Source: Rhina ancylostomus | Lineage: Eukaryota | Assembly: GCA_030265395.1 (NCBI GenBank) | Contig: JARFYF010000072.1 | Location: forward strand, 3,467,711 to 3,531,710 | Length of the DNA: 64,000 nt | Direction of reading: 5' to 3' | Shown: positions 12,379 to 24,832 of the stretch, one piece after another | Position numbering within the stretch: position 1 is the first letter of the stretch | Layout: the number at the start of each line of letters is the position of its first letter | Notes under the pieces: model-generated | What the model was told of the DNA's origin: nothing | What the model saw: the letters and a program-made list of their open reading frames with translations, nothing else | Databases searched by the model: none | Made by a program: the position numbers and the translations under genes

Positions 12379-13166
12379 ACTTCAGGAAAGGGAGCGGTGT
12401 CTGTGCACTTGCCTACATCAATGGTGCTAAGGTCGAGAGGGTTCAGAGCTTCAGTTCCTGGGAGTGAACATTACCATTAGCCTGTACTGGTCAAATCACG
12501 TAGAAGCCAAGCCAAGAAAGCTCACCAGCGACTCTACTTCCTCAGGAGGCTAAGAAATTTGGTTTGTCCACTTTGCCTCTCACCCACTTTTAACGATGCA
12601 CCATAGAAAATATCCGATCTGGATGTATCACGGCTTGGTACGACAATTGCTCTGCCCAGGACCGCAAGAAACTGCAGTGTTGTGGACACAGCCAAGCACA
12701 TCACGGCTACCAACCTCCCTTGCTGGGACTCTGTCTTTACCTCTCGTCGTATTGGTGAATCAGCCAGCATAATCAAAGATCCCACCCACCCGGGACATTC
12801 TCTGTTCTCTCCTCTTCCACCGTGTAGAAGATACAGGAGCCTGAAGGCACGTGCCACCGGGCTGAAGGACGGCTTCGACCCAACTGTGATAAGACTATTG
12901 AAAAGTTCCCTGACACAATGAGATGGACTATGTCCACGCGATCTACCTTATTGTGACCTCTCACCTTATTGCACTGCACGTTCTCTCCAGCTGGGACTCT
13001 TTACTCTGTACTATTATTGTTTTTAGCTGAATTTCATCAATGCACTCTGTACTAACTCAATGTAACTGCACTGTGTAATGAAATGACCTGTACGATGTGT
13101 TTGTAACACAAGCCTTTCACTGTACCTCGGTACAAGTGATAATAACAAACCAATACAAATACCAAT
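12379..13166 (+). mobile_element. Rex1/Babar-clade LINE 3' end
   Basis: LYFLRRL.KF...TAKHIT...IIKDPTHPGHSLFSPLP..RRYRSLKA; tail gtacaagtgataataacaaaccaatacaaataccaat. Confidence 0.85.
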
Positions 13167-14220
13167 TTAGCAAAAGCAAGGAGTCGTTATTGAAGGGTCA
13201 TATTCTGCATGGAGCTCGGTGACCAGTGGTGTACCTCAGAGATATATCCTGGAACCCTTACTCTGTGACTTTTATAAACCAAATGGTTGAGGAAGTGGAG
13301 GGATGCGTTAGTAATTTTGCAGATGACACGAAGGTGGGAGGTGTTGTGGATAGTATAGAGGACAGTCAGAGGTTACAGCGGAACATAGGATGCAAAACTG
13401 GGTTGAGAAGTGGCAGATGGAGTTCAGCCCAGACAAATGTAAAGTGGTTCATTTTGGTAGGTCAAATAGGATGGCACAGTATAGTATTAATGGTAGGACT
13501 CTTGACAGTGTGCAGAATCCGAGGGTTATTGGGGTACGAGTCCATTGGACGCTCAAAACAGCTTCACAGTTTGACTCTGTGGTTAAGAAGGCATTTGGTT
13601 TATTGTCTTCATCATCGTGGAATTGAATGTAGGAGGCAAGAGGAAATGTTGCAGCTATATTGGACTCTGGTCAGACCCCACTTTGGAGTACTGTGCTCAG
13701 TTCTTGTCGCCTCACTACAGGAAGGACGTGGAAGGCATATAGAATGTGCAGAGGAAATTTTAGAATGCTGCCTGGATTTTGAGCCTGCCTCATGAAAGCA
13801 GGTTTAGTGAACTCGGCCTTTGCTCCTTGGAGCGACGGAGGATAAGGGGGGAACCTGAGAAAGGTGTATAAGATGACGAGAGGTATTGATCGTGTGGATA
13901 GTCAGAGGTTTCTTTCCTCGGGCTGAAATGGTTGACACTAGAGGACATTGGTTTAAGGTGCTGAGGAGTAAGTACAGAGGAGATACCGGGGTAAGCATTT
14001 TACTCAGAGAGTGGTGAGTGCGTAGAATGGGCGGCCGACAACGGTGATGGAGGCGGATATAACAGGGTCTTTTCAGAAACTTTCGGATTGGTACATGGAG
14101 CTGAGAAAAATATAGAGAGTTATGTGTGAGCTTAGTAATTTCTAAGGGAGGCACATATTCGGCACAGTTTTGTGGGCCGTCGGGCCTGAATTGTGCTGAA
14201 AGTTTTCTATGTGTCTATAT
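13167..14220 (+). mobile_element. CR1 LINE RT and 3' end, degenerate
   Basis: SGVPQ, FADDTKVGGVVDS, KWQMEFSPDKCKVVHFGR, LYWTLVRPH; tail gggcctgaattgtgctg...ttttctatg. Confidence 0.92.
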
Positions 14221-14954
14221 AGTACGTGATTTGACAGTAATTCCAAAGGGTGTGGAAAGACACTGCCATTTATTTCTTCCCTGTTGGAGAAATTGCATTT
14301 GGTGTATTCTGCTGGATAACGGAGATTAGGTCATTGTCTTTTCCCTTGCACTGAAATGACAGGGACTTGCGTGGAGAGAGCAACATTATAGTTCCCTTAG
14401 TTTTGGATGTCAGTGGAGGAAGAATCTCACTTTCATGCAGAAAGAGGAAAAGCTGGCGATACTCTGGGGCTGAAGCAACTGCTAACAGAAATCGTCTCCC
14501 TGCATTCTACCCTTTCCTGCATCTAACCTTCCCGATGCCAGAGCGGACACTTCAGGGAACAATCTCAACTGACAGATTACCCACATATCTGTGCCGGAGA
14601 GTCCTGCCTGCTTTTGAGAGGAGGTTCGGATTGGTGCAGAACATTATCGACCGTGCGAATTGTCAGCACAATTAGCAATGGTGTTCGGAAGGGTTAATAA
14701 AAATAAATTTACATTATATGCTAAATTGATCATACACAAATATATGTAAATGTATCGAAAGCTTTACGAATTTGCATACAGTGTTACGCCATTAAAGCAG
14801 CAAAAATCAGATTTTACGTAGAAATAACAACAACTTTCTTTGCAAATCTCACAATCTGAAATGATGCAATGGCCTGAACATTTGGATAACAGGAGACGGC
14901 TAATCTCCGATGCCGCAAGCGTAATACAAAATCACAGCTACACTAACACCTTAC

Positions 14955-15024
14955 CGGGAACATCGACCCCAGTAAGTACAGGATAATAAATTCTAACGAT
15001 GTAAAAAGTTAGTGGATATCTGAT
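14955..15024 (-). pseudogene. Orphan GPR139-like exon 1 remnant
   Basis: Reverse strand reads ATC-RYPLTFYIVRIYYPVLTGVDVP+G|gtaagg: 70 nt, start ATG>ATC. Upstream 15080..15245 is homologous to 41350..41510. No exon 2 found downstream. Confidence 0.75.
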
Positions 15025-17299
15025 TTTCTACCAAAAGTAGTCAGCAGTTCACAAAACGCTACAACTATTCTTATTAACTAATTCAAGGAGTTCTTATACT
15101 CCATACGAAACGGGTTTAGCCAATTGGTTGCCTCCGAAATTACATTCGCCTCAAGCCTCTGAACGAACACTTAGTCTGAACTATCTTTGCTTATTGTGTC
15201 AGTGTACAATATATTTAACTCTTTGAAGGATGTTTGAAGCAAGTTAATTACATTTTGTTTGTACATATTTCGTTGCGAACGTTGCAAGTTTTATTATGTG
15301 TAAACAAGTTTGAGCTGCTGAAACTTTTTTTTGGATCTTTATTTCACATAAAGTTATCTCCTTCAAGTACTGGTCAATTAGAAGATATATGGTTTCACAT
15401 GGACTTGAAGCATGAAGTAAAATTATGTCGCAGTTAATGTGCGGGATAAGCCTTCCTGCAAGGGTATCGTTTAGCTGTCGTCTTGTCCTTCTGGTACCTT
15501 TCGTGCTTCAAGGGACAGAAACGGGCGGATTTAAGTTAAAATGACAGATTTATTGTATCCCCGTCTGTGTCCCATAACGGCAACAATTCTAAACCAATCG
15601 AACAATCTTTTGAGGAGCTCCAGGCGGACAAGCATTTGGCAGGAATAACGCATTGTGTACAGAGACTGCTGATAGTACTTCACAGTACAGAAATCATCCA
15701 CGTGGCCAATTCACTTCACCTCCATGAGCGGTAATGTAGTCCTTACTTTTCGCAAATATTCTACTTACCTGGATTTTTTTCTTCCTTTTGCACTCGATGT
15801 ATCTATGCATGCAAGAATCTGTCGGATTGGCTATCAAACAACAGATTTATCGGCACATATGACAATAATGAATCAATTACTAATCACCAATAAATATTTC
15901 CTGGAATCGTATTGCATCGTTAATTTTGCTGCGTAGTTTTCTGTCTCAGCAAACCTTTCCATTAAAACGGCAATTTCTTCTCCTAGCGATGTTTCACGCC
16001 ACAGACAAAATCAGACACAGAGAAATGGTTCCACTTCTGTTTGCTTGTTTGACTTGTTTTTTACGATTTTATGATTTCATTGAGCGAATTAGTTTATGTA
16101 TCTGTGATTAATTCTGCTCGCACTTCACACCTCCGTGAAACTACTTCGTACATTGAGATGTGGCTGACCCTCATACGCATTGAGTCTCCGACACTCCACA
16201 TCTCGGCCCATTTGTGTAAAACTTTGCCTCTGATTTCACAATTCTTTGCAGATCGGAAGTATATTTTCTATTTATATTACATTGAAATTTGTTACAATTC
16301 TATTTCATAAGTTTCCTTTTGCATTTCCGTTAGCCGGCCAGGCGCCTTTTCCTGCCTCCATTGTTTAATCGGCACACTCCTGAAAATAATGCTCGACATG
16401 CTGGCGATCTCAGCATCGACATCACGCTTTCACCAGTCACCTCTTACAGACTGAGACAGAATAAATAATACCGGGGAATAATGCAATGGACAAAAATAGA
16501 CCAACGAATGAAACACTCTGGAGATAACATTTCTACATTGTTTTGGATGGACTCTAAACCTCTGCTGTAAGGATACTTTGCCTTGTATGTATTTTAAGCA
16601 CAGTGAATAAATATTTGCTGTTTATTCCGAACGTTGTGTGTGGACTTCCGCTCTGCCATCCCTGTTGTCAACTATGTTCTCCAAAGCCTATTTCATCAAA
16701 ACTGTCCCTCTTCTTTGGAACCTGATATCATCCAAATAATTACCAACCAGTAATGTTTATCTTCAGCGCCGACTCTGACATGGTCTGTCCCTGAATAATG
16801 CCTTTAAAATCAGTCAGGGTTTCCTGCTCAAGCCGGTTCGGGGATGTATCTGTGTTATTCGCAGATTAATTTTTCTGCAATCGAACACATGTCTCGCGGT
16901 ACCTCGGAAATAATGTATTTTAATGGTTCCTACCTTGGCTGCATAATTTTGCTTTTCGCTTTTTATCAAAAAGTCAAGAAACCATGTCTTTAATCGACTG
17001 AAAAAATATATAAATATACCTACAATAGAGCACAAGGAACCTCGTAACTGGACAGTCACCGAGACATCATCATTGATCTCTCACTTCAGCGTTACGTTCC
17101 ATTATGGGGCCAGATCATCTCACAGTCTTCAGAATTTGCCTCCTCTAATTTTCCGCCAGAGTGAATGACCGCAGATACATTGATCTACCTCCCACGTCCT
17201 GTTTCATTCTAACCCTGACTCTATCCCCTTAAAAACTACCTTCCTGCCCCTGACAAGTCCGTTTGTTGCTCATCCTTGTGCTCGAAGCGGACCTGGATG

Positions 17300-17575
17300 A
17301 TCACTTCTTCCCTATCGCTGATAAAGAGGCGTCAAGGGCGAAGAATTCTGGGACTGTGTCAAGATTTTTTAACTTATCTCCGGTTAACAAGGAAGGTACC
17401 GGATGAATGGAGAACAGTGAGTGCTATATCCCTAATCAAGAAGGGCAGCATAGGTAAGGCAAGTAATGACCTGTCTGATGGTTTAAAGTCAGAGGCAGGA
17501 AAACTGATCAAAAATATGTCGAAGATTATAAATCCGCGTTTGGAAAGGCAGGGATTTATCAGCGATGATCAGCGT
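17300..17575 (+). mobile_element. CR1 RT fragment
   Basis: KVPDEWRTVSAISLIKKGS...GKL, a degenerate form of VPEDWR.ANV.PLFKKG. Confidence 0.6.
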
Positions 17576-18429
17576 TAATCACTTGCCCCAGTTGTTTCGA
17601 TGCAACTTCTGAGTTAATCACAATTGCTCTCCTGCAACATAAATCGGTCCGTCAGTTTGTTCTATATTCCCAGGTCTTTTTCTCTAGACTCTCCTCCACA
17701 GCGCTCCCTAACCTGTTTCGATGATTGCCCAGGTACCGCACAGATAATGCCAGGAGTTTTTTGCAGTTCATCGGACAGATACATTCTCTTGCAAGGTATC
17801 GATGACACACATGGTTCCTCTTTCACGATGCACTCAGGAAATGTTGTTCGGCTGATACCCAGGCTCGAGCCCCCAGAGACAGGGATATATCACTGTCATA
17901 GACTGGGATGAGCCACTTCTTATTCATCTTAAACTAATCAACACCCTTGGAATTAGCCGTAAGTTGTTGCTGGGCTGCTGGACGCTGCGTCTAATGTTGC
18001 ATTTGCATTTGCTTTGGGGTCTTGTATTAACTTGGGGTCTTCACTTCGAGAATTAAATGATGCAATTAGAGGTCACCAGAAAGAAATAGTAGTTCTATTT
18101 CTCTCTTTCTGAAAGAGTATTACCGTTATTTTCCATTTTCTGATTTCTTTTGTGTTTGTTGTGTAGATTTCTGTGAGTATTCGTTTCATCCTCTGCTGCC
18201 TCAGTGATTTAAACTATCACAAACGATATTAATTTCTTCTACAATAAACAGATGCAGCACTCGGCTTAAATTATAGAGTTCAATTGTATGTGTGCTGCGG
18301 GATACAATCTCCCATTTTCTTACCGTGCAGCCTTTCCCAACTTATTGAGTATATTGACAAGTCGACAGAGAGACTTCTGGGCACAAACACAACGAAGGTA
18401 TGGGAAGGGATCGGTAACACAGGAATGTG

Positions 18430-19560
18430 CATCGACTTTCCTTCGTACCGGGATGATGTTGATGTTATAAAAGCAGGTGGGAACAGCAGATTGAAGTAAA
18501 GAGAGGATAAAATATCTGTAAATACCCCGCCAGCTGATCTGCGCAGGATCTAAGGACACGCAGTGGACTCCGTGCGGGCGAGATGTTTTCCGTGTGTTCA
18601 CTCTCCAGAAGACTGAGCTGACATATACAAAGATGACTATCTGTTCAGGTGCATTGTAGGCTGTCGGGTGAGTGGTATCATTCCATTTCCCTCCTGTTGA
18701 AAACGTGCAAAGAATGCTTTCAGCGCATTGGGGTAGATGTGTTGTGGACAGCGATGCTGCCCGACTTTGTTTGGAGCCCGTTGTATCATGGAAGCCCGGC
18801 TACAACTGACGGCTGGTCTGGTATTCGATTTACGACTGTCATTGTGTCCTGGCATTCTTGAGAGCTTTAGGAAGGTCGCTCCTCGATATCTTGTATTGTT
18901 TTGGGTCACCCGATATGAACGCCGCAGTCCTGGAAGTCAGAAGGGAGTAGATCACCCTGTTCATCCATGGTTTCCGGTTTTGGAACACCACCCAGGTTGA
19001 CCCCGTTGGTGTACCGCCCTCTGCACACGCACTGATAACGTCCGCGACTGTGCTAAAATACTTAACTAGATTAGCTGCTGAGTATTTTTACATGGACCGT
19101 CTACTGACTCAAATAATCTTATGAAAGCTCATCTTACTCCTCGGTCCAACACTGTACGACTTTTTGTGGTGGATCCTCACGTTTATGTTTCTGTTTGTAT
19201 GCAGAGAGAAGGAGCACGGCGTGATGACTTGAGTTACCAAAGTATGAGCGTGTGATGTATCAGCAGGCTTCCTGAACGGTAAATATGCAATGGTCAAGGG
19301 TGTTTGGGATGCTGGTGTGAGAAGAGAGTGCTGTTAGTATTTTGGTTACAAACTCAGTGAAGTTGGCCTGTTTGAAGTCACCGGCTATGATAAATTGTAC
19401 CTCAGGGTATTCCGATTCAAGGTGATTGATCGCGGAGTTTGGTCATTGGAAGCAGGGTTCACAGCCTCTTGGCGTGCAATATCGAATGCCGTCAGGAAAG
19501 CATAAGACAAATGTCAGCTTCATTCAACTGCCATCTCCATGTGTGAAACTTCTGGTTTAC
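18430..19560 (-). mobile_element. Rex1/Babar LINE fragment (APE end to RT start)
   Basis: Reverse strand gives SAINHLESEYPEVQFIIAGDF.QAN, KPWMN-like, NAFFARF-like and SLLQSAVPTCF...IIPV.RK motifs. Confidence 0.75.
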
Positions 19561-20836
19561 CATTTCCAGATGCTTTGCTAAATATCCATTCAAAGAACTC
19601 CAAACATCTGTTTTACTTTTTAATTACTGGAATGATCTGTCTCGCACTCCAGTAGTTTTCTTCATATTAGTACTTCGTAATCGTTTGTTTCGTTAAATAC
19701 TTTAAACAATCTTTTGATACATTGCCTTTTTTTGCAAGAAGATATTTTTCTTCAAGATTGATAGTATCTTCAGCTGTTTTAGTTAACCATCGATAATGAA
19801 TTCTTCCCTTGAAATGCTCCTTCTGCTTGGAATGTATCTATCCGTTGTTTTCATAAAATAATCCTTATATGCTGTCACTGTATGTTGATTGACGATCTGT
19901 TTATCCAATTTCTCGGTTCATATCTGCTCGCACTGTCTCGTGCTCTGTCAGTGAGGAGGTATTTTACAGACAGCTCAGATTTCGCGCCATTAAACAGTGG
20001 AAAAGAGGCGGACACGGAACGACCGTTGTCAGTTGGAAAAATTATAATTCTTTCAGGCAGAGATAGAATTTATTAAATCGATTTGAAACAGTCACTTCAA
20101 GCTGAATCGGCGTCTGCGCAGTGAGAGCCAATCAAAAGTTGTCTATACTAAATTGAAAACGAAGGCGTCCAGTTTCAGTTTCTGCAGGACTTCAAAGGTA
20201 GCAAGGTCGAAAATAAAACAAAACCCACGCAGGAACACAAGAAAGTGGTAGTAGTAGCAATAGGTCACCCCGCCCGGAACACCAGCCCGACATTGAATAT
20301 GATCGTGGCTTCTCCATGGTTGCCCCATCCCCTCTTCTCTGCCAGTTCCCTGTCGCCCTCAGTTCATTTAAATTTCGAATGGTTATTTATGTACACCCTT
20401 CTTATGATCCGATCTCCACAGAAAGTTTGAACAGATAATTGCAAAGACACTCTGCCGTTTGAGTGAAGACATGTCCACGCATTTGAATTTTTAATGAACA
20501 TTTAGGCACGAATCGGCAGGAGTGAGCATGTTCAATGGAAGTGATGACAAGAGATAAATAAGTATCAGCATTAACTTTGTTTGGGTCAGCATTATCTCCA
20601 AGGGTAAGATTTTTGTTGCTGAGTTTTAAAGAACTGTTTCCAATTTCGCTGAAAAGATCAGATGCCAAGGTGCTGAAGTAATATGTGTGTTCAAGTTACC
20701 GTAAATGAGATAAATGAACAGGTATGCTGCGGCCTTGTGCACTATATAAATTGACACCCTGTGGACTGACTCATCTTAGTGTACCTGTCGATAACTGTGG
20801 ATTCCACAGCACGAGTAAACTCGGACAATCACAGAA

Positions 20837-23800
20837 ATGGAACATGTGTCAGTCACTCCTTCAGAGTCTATTTTCTACGTATTTCTTGCGGAAACAGGTA
20901 ATCTGTTCTGTCTCCTGTAAGGCAGTATTACCTGCTTTACTATATTTTAAATTACTTGTATTGCACAGACTACTGTTTATTTTCGGCAGTTTAGTGATGG
21001 GATGTTGAAAGCCTTCGCTTTCTCTGCTCCGTAACAGAGTTGTATAAATGAAATCCGCATCCATTAGCCAAGGAGGGAGTTGCTACTGCATTATTATCTG
21101 TACATCTCTGTGATTACGTGGTCTAAACGCATGGATCGCTGCAGTTACTTTCACAATGCCCAGTTGTGAAAATCATGTGTATCTATTGTGTAAATTAAGT
21201 TTTTGATAAAGATGCAGCTCGCAAAGAGCCAACTTAAAGCATAACCCTTCCAAATAATTTGGTATGCTTTATCTGTTTTCCTCCATATATTTTATTTTTT
21301 TTTTAACCTTCAGTAACATCGTTTCACTGTGTAGGTTCCCAAATACTGAGAACTGAACAAGATTTCCTGCAGACTCTTGCACGGTTCCTTCATTGAAGTT
21401 AGATTTTCCGCATGTTACTGGAAATTAACTCAGGTTAAAAGGATCAAAAATTGTAATAGACCTATAGCAATGAATAAAACCCTCAGACATCGGTAAGTAA
21501 ATTTTGCAGGAGTAACGTTGATGTTAGTCAGTTAAGCAATGCCTCCGCCTATGGTTTCACTTTAGACAAGACAAACGAATGCGATATCTCATTGGACGAG
21601 ACCTTCGGTTCATTGCCTTTGAAGAGACTTGTATGACTCGTTGAGACGTAGCAGACTGCAAAAAATAAACTATTCAGGGATGTTTGACTAATAAAAAAAA
21701 CTCTGTGTGAATCACATCAAGCTATTTGATACTGGTGAATGGACCACGTGCAAAAGATGTCGCATTTGAACCGGGTGACACCATTGGAAAGCGTGGATTG
21801 AATTTCTTAGCGTACCTCATCGAGAATGCCTGCAGTCCGTGGTACTGTTCAGGTCCCCACAAACTGACACGCATGAGTAATCAAATTCATAAATTCGTAA
21901 GTAAGCAGATGCCGGAGTGTCTGTCCTGTCGCCAGATGTGGACTAATTTATTGTTATTAATAACGAGATAGAAGGACGTGAAAAGATAAAGAGATGACAT
22001 CTTTCAGAACAATCTTAGTCTCTGCTCATTTCCTTGTCACCAACTCTATAATACATGCCGATCAACACCGCCTCATTCTCTTACCACCGAGCTATTCCAC
22101 GGGCAAACACAGAAGATGCTGCGGGATGTCAGGAATCAGGCAATACCTGTGGAGGGAAATGCACATTCGGCCCTTCGGATTTAGACTCTTCAGCTGATCC
22201 GTTGAGTTCCCAGGGCTCTTTTCCAGGGCACCAATGCTTAAGGCAAGAAGGAATGGATTTTAAATAATGTGGGGGGAGTTCAGGGGGAATGTCAGATGGA
22301 GCTTTTCATGCGCTACCTGGGGTGGTGGTGGAGGCGGATACGTTAGGCAGGTTCAAGAGGTTGTTGGATAGGCATATGGAGGAATGTGGTATAGAAGGAT
22401 ATGCGGGAGGAAAGGGTCAGATGGTGAGAGGTGTGGTTAGATGGGCGGTACAACACGGTGGCCCTAAGGGCCTGTATTATGCTGTATTGTTCTATGGTTC
22501 TGTGTTTCCTTTAGCAACTTATATGTTGCTCCAGATTCCAGCATCTGCAGTATCTTGCCTATAACTCAGACACCTTCTGTTGCACATTCCCAAATCGTTT
22601 CTCCTTCAACCTTCCCGTTATCTTCCCACTAGCTGAAAATTATACAGCCTCATTCAACTCGATCAGAATCTGCAAATAGGACATTCAAGTCAGCCAGCAA
22701 AGATCCGCAAATTGGAAGGACCGTGCAAAATAGAACATTACCCGTTTCCGCATGCAAAGTGAAACAAAAAAATGTAAAGTGACGTATTTAGAGCTTTGGA
22801 AGCAGGAAAGCTGGAGTATCTAACTCATGAATGTCAAAAGGCCAGCGTTCCCAACCATGAACTAATCACATAAAGCAATAGCGATAAATTCAAGGACAAC
22901 TGAATGCAGAAATACGGAGGTGATGCTTCAGTTATTCAGTCAGTGCGACCGCATGAAAACTCCAGGACTCTGCGTTTCTTTAAGGAAGGGTTACAAAGTG
23001 TTCCAAGTCATTAAGAAGTACAGTCTACATGTTATGAGAGGTTGGTTTTGAAGTAAATCACTGACAGGCCAGACTTGTATCCCGAATTTCCCAGAATAAG
23101 AGGGGACAAAGGAATCAGGCAAGGTGCCGAGAATCATGCAACGGTGGATGTCGAGAGGATATTCAGTCTTAAAGGAATGTTCAGAACTGTGGGCCGCTGT
23201 TTAATAATACTGTGAAGCCAAAATGAAAACAGAGAAGACGCTATGTTTATTTTTTTTCTCTCTTGGTGGTTGGTGATTCTTTGGAACTACTTCTCAAACA
23301 TAAAGATGGAAACGGGGATCTTCAACACCCTTACAGATTTACAGATTTACAGATACCTGGTGAGATGGGCAAGAGAAGTTACGGCGGGGAGCGGGTTGTA
23401 TTGGTTCTGATCACAACCCGTTCAGTCATCAACGCATTAAATGGCGGAACAGATTTGAGGGCGGAGGGGTCCGATGCTACCTCTAAATCCGATGTCCATA
23501 TGCAAATCGGTATGATTAGAGTCAGCATCAGAAGGAATTACTCATCTAGGCAGCAAACACGCTGCCGTTCGCCGATTATCCCCCTTCGTGCTCATCAGTA
23601 CGGAGTTGCATGCGAGATTCACTATTTGGGTTCCGCTCCAGGAATCTCCCCCAATCTCCCTCAACAGGACTGCGCCTACGGCTGGTTCTCTCTCTCTCTT
23701 TCTCTCTTTCTCTCTCAGTCTCTGTCTCTCTCTCTCTCCATGTGTGATAACCAATACAAGCTTTAAATTAGTTTTCAATCGTTGTCCCGTCCTCTGAACG

Positions 23801-24832
23801 TGATGTCCGGGCCCAGTTTCTGTCTTTTGATGCACTGACACACATGAAAAGTTTTTCTGACAACCAACGAACTCATGTTTTGTTCCTTGCTCACATTAAT
23901 TATTTCTCAATTTCTTTTTCTCTCTGTTTTGGTCAACTTGGTGGCGATTGTGATTCTGTCCCGAGGGAAGTGCGATCTCTCCAAATGTATCACTCTCTAC
24001 CTGGTCGGAATGGCAGCGGCCGATCTCATGGTGGTGTTACTGACGTCATATTAAGGTGGATTCCTGTGATATATTTCCGATGTTCATTCTTGTTCATTAC
24101 TGCGGTGTGCCGTATCATTTACTTCCTGATTTTGCATCCACCGTGGTGTCTGTCTGGCTGACAGTCGATTTCACATTTGATCGATTTGCAACTCTCTGTG
24201 GTGTGAAGCTGAAAACAAATTCTTGCACCGAGAGAACAGCGGCCGTGGTTGACGGTCCAGTGAGTGTGCTGGGCTGCTTGGAGAGTGCCCCCTGGTGTTT
24301 TACGTTGACATCTGGCTCAATTGTTAACAATGTTCCCTGGCGCTGTCTGAATAAACCAAGCTTATACAAATCAGCCGCCTGGACGGCATTTAACCTATTC
24401 CATCGCATTTTAACCCCGTGTTCTGTTTTTCTTTCTGATTTTGATGCTCAATATTATCACGGTCAGACGAATTTTAGCGGCCAGTAGAGTCTCCCACGAG
24501 CTCTGGAGCCGCAGAAATGGAGAGAATGCTAAGGACCGGAGATGGAGAACCGAAGGAAATCCATCGTTTTTATTCTTCAGTATAACCGATAGTTTCATAT
24601 TGTTGTGGCAACACGGACTGTCTTTTACATGTATAAGCAAATTACCCATAATTATTATTATTCCCCCTCTGGCCTACTTTACGTCATAGAAATCACAGCA
24701 GCAAAGCTTTAGCTTCTCAGCACCTGCATCAACACGTGTATTTATGCCCTGACCCAAATCAAATTCAGAGACGAGCTAAAGAACGCTGTCAAATACCCAG
24801 TCAATGCGATAGATAGATTTATTAAACAATAA
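20837..24832 (+). pseudogene. GPR139/142-like GPCR pseudogene (paralog of gene A): exon 1 20837..20897, exon 2 23933..24832
   Basis: Exon 1 is MEHVSVTPSESIFYVFLAET+G|gtaatc (9-nt deletion vs 10084). Exon 2 is closely similar to 29843..30744 but has acceptor AG>GG, a frameshift near 24130, further indels and an in-frame TAG at ~24708. Confidence 0.9.
22214..22505 (+). mobile_element. CR1 3'-end insertion, specific to this paralog block
   Basis: Same tail family as 7330..8125; absent at the equivalent position (~11750) of block A1. Confidence 0.85.
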
